A stretch of 64,000 nucleotides of DNA from Alphaproteobacteria bacterium (GTDB lineage: Bacteria; Pseudomonadota; Alphaproteobacteria; UBA828): the NCBI GenBank assembly GCA_965221125.1, contig CBDCRW010000005.1:544001-608000 (forward strand), in the 5' to 3' direction. The notes beneath the pieces were generated by a model. It made no database searches. It saw only the letters and a list, made by a program, of their open reading frames with translations, and was not told the origin of the DNA. Below are positions 1-10,235 of this stretch, piece after piece. Each line of letters starts with the position of its first letter. Position 1 is the first letter of the stretch. The position numbers were made by a program, and so were the translations under genes.

Positions 1-141
1 CTGCGCAGGCTCAGGCCCCGGATGGCGGCGCTGCTGGCCCGGCCGGCGCCCGGCCTCGAGGACGTGCGCTCTTACGCGCCGCTGGCCGATGTGGCGGCGG
101 CCCGCCATGAGGAGGCGGCGGTCCGACTCTTCAGCAACTGA
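1..141 (+). CDS. ureF: Urease accessory protein UreF, 3' end (partial)
   Basis: Frame 1 reads ...YAPLADVAAARHEEAAVRLFSN*, matching the UreF C-terminal P-x-x-D...HE...RLF motif; directly upstream of urease genes. Confidence 0.75.
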   Translation: MRRLRPRMAALLARPAPGLEDVRSYAPLADVAAARHEEAAVRLFSN

Positions 142-156
142 TCAGGGTGGCCCACG

Positions 157-852
157 ATGCTGCTGACACCGACGGAGACGGAGCGGCTCACCATCTTCAC
201 CGCCGCCGAGCTTGCGCGCCGCCGCCGCGCACGGGGCCGCGCGCTCAACCACCCGGAGGCCGTGGCGCTGATCAGCGACGAGATCCTGGAGGGCGCGCGC
301 GACGGACGCTCGGTGGCCGAGCTGATCGAGCAAGGTGCTGCCATCCTCACCACCGACGACGTCATGCCCGGCGTCGCCGAGATGATGCCCGTGCTGCAGG
401 TCGAGGGCACCTTCCCCGACGGCACCAAGCTGGTGACGGTCCACGAGCCGATCCGCCCCGGCAAGAAGGTGCAGGACGAAAGCGTGCGCCCCGGCGAGAT
501 CATCCCGGCGGACGGCGAGATCGAGATCAACGCCGGCCGGCCGACCGCCACGGTCTCGGTCACCAACACCGGCGACCGGCCGGTGCAGATCGGCAGCCAC
601 TACCACTTCTTCGAGGTGAACCGGCACCTCGACTTCGACCGCGCCGCGTCCTTCGGCATGCGCCTCGACATCCCTGCCGGCACGGCAGTCCGCTTCGCGC
701 CCGGCGAGACGAAGGAGGTGACCCTCGTGGAATTCGGCGGCAGCGGCGAGATGGTGGGGCTCAACGACCTCACGCAAGGCTCGCGGCGCTCCGAGAGCGT
801 CAAGCAGGAGGCGCTGGCCCGTGCCCGCGCCCGCGGCTTCAAGGGAGCTTGA
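157..852 (+). CDS. ureAB: Fused urease gamma/beta subunit
   Basis: [18 protein letters not shown] (gamma) followed by [31 protein letters not shown] (beta). Confidence 0.93.
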   Translation: MLLTPTETERLTIFTAAELARRRRARGRALNHPEAVALISDEILEGARDGRSVAELIEQGAAILTTDDVMPGVAEMMPVLQVEGTFPDGTKLVTVHEPIRPGKKVQDESVRPGEIIPADGEIEINAGRPTATVSVTNTGDRPVQIGSHYHFFEVNRHLDFDRAASFGMRLDIPAGTAVRFAPGETKEVTLVEFGGSGEMVGLNDLTQGSRRSESVKQEALARARARGFKGA

Positions 853-855
853 GCG

Positions 856-2568
856 ATGGCACGGATGAGCAGGGCGGACTACGCGGCGCTCTACGGGCCC
901 ACCACCGGCGATTGCGTCCGGCTGGGAGACAGCGAGCTGCTCGCCGAGATCGAGCACGACCACGGCGTGCCCGGCGAGGAGTGCCTGCACGGCGGCGGCA
1001 AGACGCTGCGGGACGGCATCGGCCTCGTCGCCGGCCTCGACAGCGCGCAAGGCTCGCTCGACATGCTGGTCTCCAACGCCGTTGTCATCGATCCCGTGCT
1101 GGGGATCGTCAAGGGCGACATCGGTATCAAGGAGGGGCTGATCGCGGGCGTGGGCAAGGCCGGCAACCCCGCGGTGATGGACGGGGTGGACCCCGAGCTT
1201 CTCTGCGGCGCCGCGACCACGGTGCGCGATGCCGAGGGGCTGATCGCGACGCCCGGCGGCATCGACGTGCACGTCCACTTCGACAGCGCGCAGCTCTGCC
1301 AGCACGCCATCGCGAGCGGCGTCACGACCATGCTGGGCGGCTCGCTCGGGCCGATCACCGTCGGCATCGACTGCGGCGGCGCCTGGAACGTGGGCAAGAT
1401 GCTGCAGGCGGCCGAGGAATGGCCGATCAACTTCGGCTTCCTCGGGCGCGGCAACTCGGCCAGGCCGCACTCACTGGTCGACCAGATTGCGGGCGGCTGC
1501 ATGGGCCTCAAGATCCACGAGGACTGGGGCGCCATGCCGGCGGCGATCGACACCTGCCTCGGCGTCGCCGACGACATGGATTTTCAAGTCCAGCTCCACA
1601 CCGACACGCTGAACGAGAGCGGCTTCCTCGAGGAGACGCTGGCCGCGATCAAGGGCCGCACGATCCACATGTACCACGCGGAAGGCGCCGGCGGCGGCCA
1701 CGCGCCCGACATCATCCGCATCACCGGCGAGCCCAACTGCCTGCCGTCGTCCACCAACCCCACCAACCCGTACACGCGCAACACCTTCGACGAACACCTC
1801 GACATGATCATGGTGTGCCACCACCTGAACCCGGCGGTGCCGGAGGACGTGGCCTTCGCCGAGAGCAGGATCCGCGCGCAGACCATCGCGGCCGAGGACG
1901 TGCTGCACGACATCGGCGCGATCTCGATGCTGGGCTCGGACAGCCAGGGGATGGGGCGGATCAACGAGGTCATCTGCCGCACCTGGCAGCTTGCCTCCAA
2001 GATGAGGGGCCAGCGCGGGCGGCTCGTCTCGGAGCGGACGGCCAAGGGCGACAACGAGCGCATCAAGCGCTACATCGCGAAGTACACCATCAACGCCGCC
2101 CGCACCTTCGGCATCGACAGCCACATCGGCTCGCTTGAGGCGGGCAAGCTCGCGGACGTGGTGCTCTGGCGCCCGGCCTTCTTCGGCATCAAGCCGGAGC
2201 TGGTCATCAAGGGCGGCTTCATCGTGTGGTCGGCGATGGGGGACAGCGCCGCCTCGCTGATGACCTGCGAGCCGCTGATGATGCGCCCGCAGTGGGGCGC
2301 CTTCGGCCGGGCCAAGGAGGCGCTCAGCCTCAGCTTCATCTCGCAGGCGGCGGCGGAGGCAGACGTCGCGGGCAGGCTCGGGCTGCAGAGCCGCACCGTG
2401 CCCGTGCGGGGCACGCGCAAGCTCGCCAAGGGCCACATGCTGCACAACGACGCCTGCCCCGAGGTGACGGTCGATCCCCAGACCTTCGAGGTGATGGTCG
2501 ACGGCGAGCTTGCGACCTGCGAGCCGGCGGACGAGCTGCCGCTCGCCCAGCGCTACATGCTGCGCTAG
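856..2568 (+). CDS. ureC: Urease alpha subunit (divergent clade)
   Basis: [50 protein letters not shown] motifs. Confidence 0.92.
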   Translation: MARMSRADYAALYGPTTGDCVRLGDSELLAEIEHDHGVPGEECLHGGGKTLRDGIGLVAGLDSAQGSLDMLVSNAVVIDPVLGIVKGDIGIKEGLIAGVGKAGNPAVMDGVDPELLCGAATTVRDAEGLIATPGGIDVHVHFDSAQLCQHAIASGVTTMLGGSLGPITVGIDCGGAWNVGKMLQAAEEWPINFGFLGRGNSARPHSLVDQIAGGCMGLKIHEDWGAMPAAIDTCLGVADDMDFQVQLHTDTLNESGFLEETLAAIKGRTIHMYHAEGAGGGHAPDIIRITGEPNCLPSSTNPTNPYTRNTFDEHLDMIMVCHHLNPAVPEDVAFAESRIRAQTIAAEDVLHDIGAISMLGSDSQGMGRINEVICRTWQLASKMRGQRGRLVSERTAKGDNERIKRYIAKYTINAARTFGIDSHIGSLEAGKLADVVLWRPAFFGIKPELVIKGGFIVWSAMGDSAASLMTCEPLMMRPQWGAFGRAKEALSLSFISQAAAEADVAGRLGLQSRTVPVRGTRKLAKGHMLHNDACPEVTVDPQTFEVMVDGELATCEPADELPLAQRYMLR

Positions 2569-2595
2569 GGGGCGCGCGCACGCGAGGGCGAGGGC

Positions 2596-3822
2596 ATGGA
2601 CCGGATCCTGCGCGGCGCCCTCGTCGCCGGCGGCGACGGCGCCCGGCTCGACATCGGCATCGCCGACGGGCGCATCGCCGAGATCGCGCCCCGGATCGAG
2701 GCGGATGCGCCGGTGCTGGACGTGGACGGCCGCCTCGTGGCCCCCGGCTTCGTCGAGACCCACATCCACCTCGACAAGGCCTGCATCCTCGACCGCTGCA
2801 GCGCGGAGAGAGGCGATCTCGCCGAGGCCATCGACGAGGTGGCGCGGGTCAAGCGGGCGTTCACGGCCGACGACGTGAACACGCGCGCACGCCGCGTGCT
2901 CGACGCCTGCATCGCCCAGGGCACGACCCACATGCGCACCCACCTGGAGGTCGACCCCGGCATCGGCATGCGCGGCTTCGACGGCGTGCTGCCGCTGATC
3001 GAGGCCTACCGCTGGGCCATCGACCTGGAGATCTGCGTCTTTCCGCAGGAGGGGCTGCTCAACAATCCGGGCACCGACGCGCTGATGGTCGACGCGCTGG
3101 AGCGCGGCGCCCGCGTGGTCGGCGCCGCGCCCTACACCGACAGCGACCCGGCCGGCCAGATCGACCGCGTGTTCGCGCTCGCCCGGCAGTTCGACGTCGA
3201 CATCGACATGCACCTCGACTTCGGCGAGAGCGCGGATGATCTCGACCTTGACCAGGTCTGCGCGCTGACCGAGCGCTTCGGCTACGGCGGGCGGGTGACG
3301 GTCGGCCACGTCACCAAGCTCTCGGCGGCGACGCCCGAGCACCTGGCGCGCGTTGCCGGGCGCATGGCGGAGGCGGGGGTCGCCTGCACCGTGCTGCCGG
3401 CGACCGACCTCTTCCTCATGGGGCGTGGCGATGCGGCCAATGTGCGGCGCGGCGTCACGGCCGCGCACCGGCTGCTCGGCCATGGCGTCAACTGCTCGCT
3501 CTCGTCCAACAACGTGCTCAACCCTTTCACGCCCTTCGGCGACTGCTCGCTGGTGCGCATGGCCAACCTCTACGCCAACGTGGCCCACGTGGGCGCGCGC
3601 GCGGAGATGCTCGACTGCTTCGACATGATCACGCGCCGCTCGGCCCGCATCCTCGGCCTCGACGACTACGGCATCGCCGTGGGCAAGGCGGCCGATCTCG
3701 TGGTGCTGGACGCGCAAGATGCAGCCCAGGCCGTGGCCGCGGTGGCCCCGCCGCTCTACGGCTTCAAGCGCGGGCGCATGACCTTCCGGCGCCCGCCGGC
3801 GGAGCTCCTGGGACCGCCCTAG
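2596..3822 (+). CDS. Cytosine deaminase-like metal-dependent amidohydrolase
   Basis: ETHIHLDKA, FPQEG, GHVT, NPFTPFG, G..ADLVVLDA motifs of the CodA/AtzC-like family. Confidence 0.85.
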   Translation: MDRILRGALVAGGDGARLDIGIADGRIAEIAPRIEADAPVLDVDGRLVAPGFVETHIHLDKACILDRCSAERGDLAEAIDEVARVKRAFTADDVNTRARRVLDACIAQGTTHMRTHLEVDPGIGMRGFDGVLPLIEAYRWAIDLEICVFPQEGLLNNPGTDALMVDALERGARVVGAAPYTDSDPAGQIDRVFALARQFDVDIDMHLDFGESADDLDLDQVCALTERFGYGGRVTVGHVTKLSAATPEHLARVAGRMAEAGVACTVLPATDLFLMGRGDAANVRRGVTAAHRLLGHGVNCSLSSNNVLNPFTPFGDCSLVRMANLYANVAHVGARAEMLDCFDMITRRSARILGLDDYGIAVGKAADLVVLDAQDAAQAVAAVAPPLYGFKRGRMTFRRPPAELLGPP

Positions 3823-3978
3823 CGCTGCAGTGCAGCGTGTGCAGTGAACGTCGCAGGTTGTGCGGTCGCGACGGCGCCGGTCATTGGACGAGTCGATTCG
3901 AGAGCGCACCGCTATAATGTTCTGCCCCCCGGTCCGGCCGGGGGCCTCTCGCGCTTGCGTCCGAAGAAGGAATCGCCG

Positions 3979-5040
3979 GTGAAGCGCTGGGGCTACATCG
4001 GACTCATCGTCGGCATCGCGCTGGTCATCGGGCTCGTCTGCTATCAGGGCGCCGGCGACGTGGCGGCTGCCGTCGCCGCGGTGAGCTGGGGCATCGCGGT
4101 GGTCGTCCTGGTGCGCCTCGTGCCGATCATGCTCGACGGCTACGTCTGGCGGCTGCTCTTCCTGGACGGCCACCGGCCGTCGGTGCTGACGGCGCTTTGG
4201 GCGCGCTGGATCGGGGAAGCGGTCAACACGCTGGTGCCGGCTTTCCAGGTGGGGGGCGCGGTGGTCCGCTCCAGGCTCCTGGTGATGCGCGGCGTGCCGG
4301 GGCGCATCGCAGGTGCCAGCGTCGTCGTCGACCTCACCCTCAGCACGATAACGCTCCTGTTCTTCACCCTGGTCGGTATCGGCCTGCTGATGGCCCACCA
4401 CGGCGAAAGCGATATCGCGCGGGCCATCGGCTACTGCGTGGCGGGCGGGTTCGTGGTCGTCATCCTGCTCTGCGTCTTTCAGCAGCGCGGGCTCTTCGGC
4501 TGGATCATCGGCCGCGTGGCGCGCTTCGCCAGAGGCAAGGCATGGGACAACGCCATCGGCGGCGCCCAGGCGCTCGACGAGGCGATCCTCGACCTCTACC
4601 GCCACCGCTGGCTGCTGGCGGGGAACGCGAGCGGGCAGCTTGCCGCCTGGGTGCTGGGCGCCGCCGAGATCTACGCTGCGCTCCACTTCATGGGCTACGA
4701 GGTCACCGTCGCCGACGCGCTGCTGCTGGAAAGCCTCATCCTGGCGACGCGGACGGCCGCGTTCTTCGTGCCGGGCGCGCTCGGCGTGCAGGAGGGCGTG
4801 CTGGTGCTGCTCGGCGGCATGATCGGCTTGGGGCCCGAGGTGGCGCTCGCGCTCTCGCTGATCAAGCGGGTGCGCGAGCTGGTGATCGGCGTTCCCGGCC
4901 TCATCGCCTGGCAGATCGCCGAAGGGAAGAACCTTTTCTCCGGCGTGCGCAAGCGTCGGGGCAAAGCACCGTCGGCGCCGGAGCCGCCGGCCTCTGTCGC
5001 GCCCGCGCCCGCCGCCGGCCGTTCGCGCGAAGCTCTCTGA
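3979..5040 (+). CDS. Lysylphosphatidylglycerol synthase-type (HpnL-like) flippase-domain membrane protein
   Basis: Multi-TM; ARWIGEAVNTLVP and FFVPGALGVQEG motifs; GTG start after AAGGA. Confidence 0.75.
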   Translation: MKRWGYIGLIVGIALVIGLVCYQGAGDVAAAVAAVSWGIAVVVLVRLVPIMLDGYVWRLLFLDGHRPSVLTALWARWIGEAVNTLVPAFQVGGAVVRSRLLVMRGVPGRIAGASVVVDLTLSTITLLFFTLVGIGLLMAHHGESDIARAIGYCVAGGFVVVILLCVFQQRGLFGWIIGRVARFARGKAWDNAIGGAQALDEAILDLYRHRWLLAGNASGQLAAWVLGAAEIYAALHFMGYEVTVADALLLESLILATRTAAFFVPGALGVQEGVLVLLGGMIGLGPEVALALSLIKRVRELVIGVPGLIAWQIAEGKNLFSGVRKRRGKAPSAPEPPASVAPAPAAGRSREAL

Positions 5041-5073
5041 GACGGCGACCCACCACCAAATGGAGACCATTCG

Positions 5074-6063
5074 ATGGGCAGGATGATCGACGGCGTGTGG
5101 CACAAGGCCGATACCGACCGGAACGCGGCCGACGGCCGCTTCCTCCGGGCCACGACCTCGTTTCGCGACACCGTCACCGCCGACGGCTCATCCGGCTTCA
5201 AGGCCGCGCCCGGCCGCTACCATCTCTACGTCTCGCATGCCTGCCCGTGGGCGCACCGTACGACCATCCTGCGGGCTCTGCGCAAGCTGGAGGACGTGAT
5301 CTCGCTCTCGGTGGTGGACCCCTTCATGAGCGACGAAGGCTGGCACTTCAGCGACGGCCCCGGCTGCATCCCCGACACCGTGAACGGCGCGCGGTACCTG
5401 CGCGAGGTCTACAAGCTGGCGAAGGACGACTACACCGGGCGTGTCACGGTGCCGGTGCTCTGGGACAAGCGGGAGAAGACCATCGTCAACAACGAGTCTT
5501 CCGAGATCATCCGCATGCTCGACACGGCGTTCAACGCCTGGGGCGACGGCGAGCCGGAATTCCATCCCGCAGCGCTGAGGGACGAGATCGATGCGATCAA
5601 CGAGCCGATCTACGAGCACGTGAACAACGGCGTCTACAAGACCGGCTTCGCCCGCTCGCAGGCGGCCTACGAGGAGGCCTTCGACGCGCTGTTCGCGACC
5701 CTGGACGAGCTCGAGGCGCGGCTTGGCAGGCAACGCTATCTGGTGGGCGCGCGCATCACGGAGGCGGACTGGCGGCTCTTCGCCACGCTGGTCCGCTTCG
5801 ATGCCGTCTACGTCGGACACTTCAAGTGCAACCGGCACCGGATCGAGGACTATCCCAATCTGAGCAACTACCTGCGGGACCTGTACCAGCAGCCGGGGAT
5901 CGCCGGTACCGTCGACATGACGCACATCAAGCGGCACTACTACGAGAGCCAGGACAGCGTGAATCCCTCCCGCGTCGTGGCGAAGGGGCCGGTGCTCGAC
6001 TTCACCCGCCCGCACGACCGCGACCGCTTTTCGCTGCCGGAGGCGCAGGCGGCCGCACAGTAG
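5074..6063 (+). CDS. yqjG: Glutathionyl-hydroquinone reductase (GST omega/Xi class)
   Basis: CPWAHRT, RVTVPVLWD, NNESSEIIRM, NNGVYKTGFA motifs. Confidence 0.9.
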   Translation: MGRMIDGVWHKADTDRNAADGRFLRATTSFRDTVTADGSSGFKAAPGRYHLYVSHACPWAHRTTILRALRKLEDVISLSVVDPFMSDEGWHFSDGPGCIPDTVNGARYLREVYKLAKDDYTGRVTVPVLWDKREKTIVNNESSEIIRMLDTAFNAWGDGEPEFHPAALRDEIDAINEPIYEHVNNGVYKTGFARSQAAYEEAFDALFATLDELEARLGRQRYLVGARITEADWRLFATLVRFDAVYVGHFKCNRHRIEDYPNLSNYLRDLYQQPGIAGTVDMTHIKRHYYESQDSVNPSRVVAKGPVLDFTRPHDRDRFSLPEAQAAAQ

Positions 6064-6243
6064 CCCTGCGCCCCGCAGCCGTCGGGGGCCGCGAAGGGCC
6101 GGGGCGGAGCAGGGCAATGTTGCGATGCAACAATCTGTTCACAACGGCGTTGCGTTTGTTACAATGACCTCATGTTGCGGCGCAGCATGACGCGCCGGGG
6201 CGGCCGCGAGCCGCCCGCACGGCCTCGCAAGGGAGGCAACGAC

Positions 6244-7083
6244 ATGGCCAACGACAGCCCGGTCCGGCGGCTCACCGTCCGCAATATCGCCCGCGCCAAG
6301 GGGGGCGAGCCCATCGTGAGCCTCACCGCCTACACGGCGCCCGTCGCCCGCATCGCCGACGAGGCCTGCGACTTCATCCTGGTGGGCGATTCTCTCGGCA
6401 TGGTGCTCTACGGCATGGAATCGACGGTCGGCGTCACGGTCGACATGATGGTCGCGCACGGCCGCGCCGTGGTGCGCGCCACCAGGCGGGCCTGCATCGT
6501 CGTGGACCTGCCCTTCGGCTCCTACGAGCAATCGCCCGCCCAGGCCTTCGGCACCGCCGCCCGCATCGTGGCGGAGACCGGCTGCGCGGCGGTCAAGCTC
6601 GAGGGCGGCCAGGAGATGGCGGAGACGATCGACTTCCTCACGGCGCGGGGCGTGCCCGTGCTCGGCCATGTCGGGCTGATGCCGCAATCGGTGAACGCCG
6701 CCGGCTTCCAGGTGCAGGGCAAGACCGAGGAGAGCGCGCGCCGCATCCGCGCCGACGCACGCGCGGTGGAGGCCGCAGGCGCCTTCGGCATCGTGATCGA
6801 GAACACGGTCGAGCTGCTCTCGCGCACGCTGACGCAGGAGCTCTCCGTCCCCACCATCGGCATCGGGGCGTCGCCGGCCTGCGACGGCCAGATCCTCGTC
6901 ACCGAGGACATCGTGGGCCTCGCCGGCGCCTTCACGCCGCGCTTCGTCAAGCGCTACGCCGAACTCGGCGACGGACTCGCCGATGCGGTGCGGAACTACG
7001 CGGCCGACGTGCGCGCCCGGCGCTTCCCCGGGCCTGAGCACACGGCCAACCCGGCAGTGCCGCAGGCAAAGTCCAAGGCCTGA
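6244..7083 (+). CDS. panB: 3-methyl-2-oxobutanoate hydroxymethyltransferase
   Basis: [34 protein letters not shown]; GGAGG RBS before ATG 6244. Confidence 0.95.
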   Translation: MANDSPVRRLTVRNIARAKGGEPIVSLTAYTAPVARIADEACDFILVGDSLGMVLYGMESTVGVTVDMMVAHGRAVVRATRRACIVVDLPFGSYEQSPAQAFGTAARIVAETGCAAVKLEGGQEMAETIDFLTARGVPVLGHVGLMPQSVNAAGFQVQGKTEESARRIRADARAVEAAGAFGIVIENTVELLSRTLTQELSVPTIGIGASPACDGQILVTEDIVGLAGAFTPRFVKRYAELGDGLADAVRNYAADVRARRFPGPEHTANPAVPQAKSKA

Positions 7084-7311
7084 GGACCGTGTTCCCGCGC
7101 TCTCCTTCCGGAGACGACGGGGCCGCTCGATGCCCGTTTGCCGCCAATGGGCTCGATTCGCATGCCGGTCTGCCACATTGCGAACACAAAGATTTGACAA
7201 CAGCACGGGTTCTGCACAGATCATGATGTGTGGGCTGGAACGCGCGCCCGGAGTCGGCGCTCCGGCTCCTGCAAGCCGGGACTGGGGGTTAGGGACGTGA
7301 GGAGACGATCC

Positions 7312-7785
7312 ATGCACAAGTTCAAGTTCGCGCTGCTCGGCATCGCCGCGCTGGCATTGGCCGGCTGCAGCGAGACTACCGGCTCGAAGGAGGGCCTGGG
7401 TACGCTTCTCGGCGCCGTGGCCGGCGGTGTCGCCGGCGCGCAGGTCGGCGACGGCCGCGGCCGGCTGATCGCCACGGGTGTCGGCACGCTCCTCGGCGCA
7501 GCCATCGGCAGCGAGATCGGCAAGTCGCTCGACCGCGCCGATCAGCTGGCGCTGCAGCATGAAACGCAGAACACGTTGGAGTACGCGCCCTCCGGCACGA
7601 CGAACACGTGGCACAATCCGGACAGCGGCAACAGCGGCACGATCACGGCGGCCCCGGCGTATCAGCAGAACGACGGGACCTACTGCCGCGAGTTCACCCA
7701 GACCGTGACGGTTGCCGGCGAGACCCAGCAGGCCTACGGCACCGCCTGCCGCCAGCCCGACGGGACCTGGCAGATCGTCTCGTAA
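7312..7785 (+). CDS. 17-kDa surface antigen-like lipoprotein (glycine zipper, RT0821/Lpp0805 type)
   Basis: Lipobox LAGC, glycine-zipper helices, WHNPDSG, CREF, GTACRQPDGTW. Confidence 0.88.
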   Translation: MHKFKFALLGIAALALAGCSETTGSKEGLGTLLGAVAGGVAGAQVGDGRGRLIATGVGTLLGAAIGSEIGKSLDRADQLALQHETQNTLEYAPSGTTNTWHNPDSGNSGTITAAPAYQQNDGTYCREFTQTVTVAGETQQAYGTACRQPDGTWQIVS

Positions 7786-7831
7786 CGAGCGGCGCGTCTC
7801 GGGAAACGCCGTCCCGGGACGCTGGCCGCCG

Positions 7832-8686
7832 ATGGCGCCTGCGGTCATCGAGAGCGTCGCCGGCTTGCGCGAGGCCGTCGGCGCGTGGCGCAGGCGCGGC
7901 CTGACGGTTTCTCTCGTCCCCACCATGGGGGCGCTGCACGAGGGCCACATGGCGCTCGTGCGGGCCGCCCGCGTGCACGGCGGGCGCACGGTGGTCAGCC
8001 TCTTCGTCAACCCCGCGCAGTTCGCGCCGAACGAGGATTTCGACCTCTATCCCCGCAATCCGGCCGACGACCTCGCGAAGCTGGCCGAGGCGGGCGTCGA
8101 GGCGGTGTTCATGCCGACGGTGGACACGGTCTACCCGCCGGGGTTTGCCACCACGGTGCACGTGGACGGCGTCACCGCCGGGCTGGAGAGCGCGGCCCGG
8201 CCTCACTTCTTCGACGGCGTCGCCACCGTCGTCGCCAAGCTCCTGCTCCAGTGCCTGCCCGATGTCGCGCTCTTCGGCGAGAAGGACTATCAGCAGCTCG
8301 CCACCGTGCGTCGCCTCGTGGCCGACCTCGACATCCCCTGCCGGATCGAGGCGGTGCCCACCGTGCGCGACGGCGACGGCCTCGCGCTCTCCTCCCGCAA
8401 CGTCTATCTCTCCGCCGAAGAACGCCGGGTCGCGCCCCGGCTCTTCGAGGTGCTGAGCTGGATGGCGGCGGCGCTCGCCCAAGGTGCGACCTCGGCCGAC
8501 GCGATCGCCAACGGCGCTTCTGCGCTCACGGCTGCGGGCTTCACCCGTATCGACTATCTCGCGGTCTGCGATGCCGAGACGCTCGCGCCGGTGGAGCGCA
8601 TTGCCGCACCGGCACGCGTGCTCGCCGCCGCCTGGCTCGGCGAGACGCGGCTTATCGACAATGTGCCGGTGAACCCTGCCGACTGA
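7832..8686 (+). CDS. panC: Pantoate-beta-alanine ligase
   Basis: PTMGALHEGH, FVNPAQF, FGEKDYQQL, GLALSSRN, RLIDN. Confidence 0.95.
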   Translation: MAPAVIESVAGLREAVGAWRRRGLTVSLVPTMGALHEGHMALVRAARVHGGRTVVSLFVNPAQFAPNEDFDLYPRNPADDLAKLAEAGVEAVFMPTVDTVYPPGFATTVHVDGVTAGLESAARPHFFDGVATVVAKLLLQCLPDVALFGEKDYQQLATVRRLVADLDIPCRIEAVPTVRDGDGLALSSRNVYLSAEERRVAPRLFEVLSWMAAALAQGATSADAIANGASALTAAGFTRIDYLAVCDAETLAPVERIAAPARVLAAAWLGETRLIDNVPVNPAD

Positions 8687-8698
8687 CGGCCGGCGTTG

Positions 8699-8963
8699 GC
8701 CCGCAATTCTCACCAAGGTCATGGTTTGCGCGGCGCTGTCCGGCCGACAGGCAAGGAGAGGCGCGCAGCGCGATGTGGGGCATCGGGCAAGCGCATCGAC
8801 GCAGCATGTCGGCCGGAGAGCGCCGCCCTTCGGGTCGCGCCCAGGCGCCCGCCCGCGGCGTCGCGGGCCTCAACCGTATTCCCCGATACGCTTTTCGGCC
8901 CGCTCCTGGCGGATCGAACGCCTGGGTGCGACGCAGGCCGTGACCTTGGTGAGAAATGCGGGC
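8699..8963. mobile_element. MITE-like element, copy 1 (~265 bp, 26-bp imperfect terminal inverted repeats)
   Basis: Ends GCCCGCAATTCTCACCAAGGTCATGG / CCGTGACCTTGGTGAGAAATGCGGGC; near-identical inverted copy at 51275-51540. Confidence 0.85.
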
Positions 8964-9024
8964 TAGGAGAAAAGAAAAGCGACGAACCCAGGTCCGTCGC
9001 CGCTCGGACCGTGGATGCGGAAAC

Positions 9025-9189
9025 TCAGTGGGAGTCTCTCGCTCCTCCGTCGACCTCGCCGGGGCCCGCGTCGGTGCCCTCCTGCCGGCGCGCGTCGAAC
9101 AGCAGCGTCTTCGCCGACCAGAAGATCCCGATGGACAGGATAAGGGTGGCGAGCGCGACCAGCAGCGGCAGTCCAAGGTCCCAGGGCAT
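9025..9189 (-). CDS. Small single-TM hypothetical protein (54 aa)
   Basis: Manual translation MPWDLGLPLLVALATLILSIGIFWSAKTLLFDARRQ...; below ORF-track cutoff. Confidence 0.5.
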   Translation of the reverse strand: MPWDLGLPLLVALATLILSIGIFWSAKTLLFDARRQEGTDAGPGEVDGGARDSH

Positions 9190-9270
9190 GGGTTGCGAAG
9201 CCCCCGTTTGGCGATCCGACAGCGCTGAATAGCCAAGCGCCCCGGCCGCGTCAAGATGGAGTGGTGTACT

Positions 9271-10173
9271 CTAGTCGGGCACGATCATCGTGCCGGTGCC
9301 GTGCTCGGTGAATAGCTCGAGCAGGATCACGTGCGGCACGCGGCCGTCCAGGATGTGGGCGGCCCCGGTCGAGCGCTCGATCGCCTCGAGGCAGGTCTCG
9401 AGCTTGGGGATCATGCCGCCGCTGATCGCGCCGCCGGCGAGCATCTGCCGCGCCTCGCCGGTGGTCATCTGGCTGACGAGCGCGCCGCCCACGTCCAGCA
9501 CGCCGGGGACGTCGGTGAGCAGCAGCAGCTTGATGGCGGAAAGCGCCGAGGCGATGGCGCCGGCCGCCGTGTCGGCGTTGATGTTGTAGGTTTCGCCGCC
9601 GGCGCCCACGCCGACCGGCGCGATCACCGGGATGATGTCGGACTCGCCCAGATGGTCCAGCAGCTCGACGTTGACGCGATCCGGCTCGCCGACGAAGCCG
9701 AGGTCGACCACCGTCTCGGCCCCGGTCTCGGCATCGCGCGTGCGCCGCTTGAGCGGCGTCGCCTCGATGAGACGGCCGTCCTTGCCGCTCAGGCCCACCG
9801 CGGTGCCGCCCTCCGCGTTGATCGTGGTCACGATCTGCTTGTTGATGGTGCCAGAGAGCACCATCTCGACGACCTCGATAGCCGCTTCGTCGGTGACGCG
9901 CAGGCCGTCGACGAAATCACTCTCGATGCCGAGGCGGCCCAGCATGCGAGCGATCTGCGGCCCGCCGCCGTGGACCACCACCGGGTTGATGCCCACCTGC
10001 TTCAGCAGCACCACGTCGCGCGCGAAGTCTTGGGCGAGCGCGGCATCGCCCATGGCGTGGCCGCCGTACTTGATCACCAGGCTCCGGCCCGCGAAACGCC
10101 GCATGTAGGGCAGCGCCTCGGAGATCGTGGCCGCGGTGCGCAGCCAGTGCTTGGTATCGCTGATGCGCTGCAT
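9271..10173 (-). CDS. argB: Acetylglutamate kinase
   Basis: [36 protein letters not shown]. Confidence 0.96.
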   Translation of the reverse strand: MQRISDTKHWLRTAATISEALPYMRRFAGRSLVIKYGGHAMGDAALAQDFARDVVLLKQVGINPVVVHGGGPQIARMLGRLGIESDFVDGLRVTDEAAIEVVEMVLSGTINKQIVTTINAEGGTAVGLSGKDGRLIEATPLKRRTRDAETGAETVVDLGFVGEPDRVNVELLDHLGESDIIPVIAPVGVGAGGETYNINADTAAGAIASALSAIKLLLLTDVPGVLDVGGALVSQMTTGEARQMLAGGAISGGMIPKLETCLEAIERSTGAAHILDGRVPHVILLELFTEHGTGTMIVPD

Positions 10174-10235
10174 GGGGGTGTCCGGGTCGCTCGCAGGCGC
10201 CGGCGCACGCAGGGGCGCCGGCCGGCCGGGGATGA

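Noticed and set aside
157-852. Gamma/beta urease fusion as a novelty by itself
   Set aside because: Known from Helicobacter and other lineages; only the altered alpha pocket is notable
1471-5103. Very long antisense or alternate-frame ORFs (e.g. 1471-5103, 16428-19322, 53525-56776, 59899-62799, 59909-63205)
   Set aside because: Shadow ORFs typical of high-GC DNA; they overlap well-supported genes and have no family motifs
8696-9232. ORFs spanning the MITE (178 aa, 81 aa) and the 5' extension of gcdH to 51566
   Set aside because: They derive from the repeat's open frame; no transposase motifs, and the gcdH homology starts near 51245
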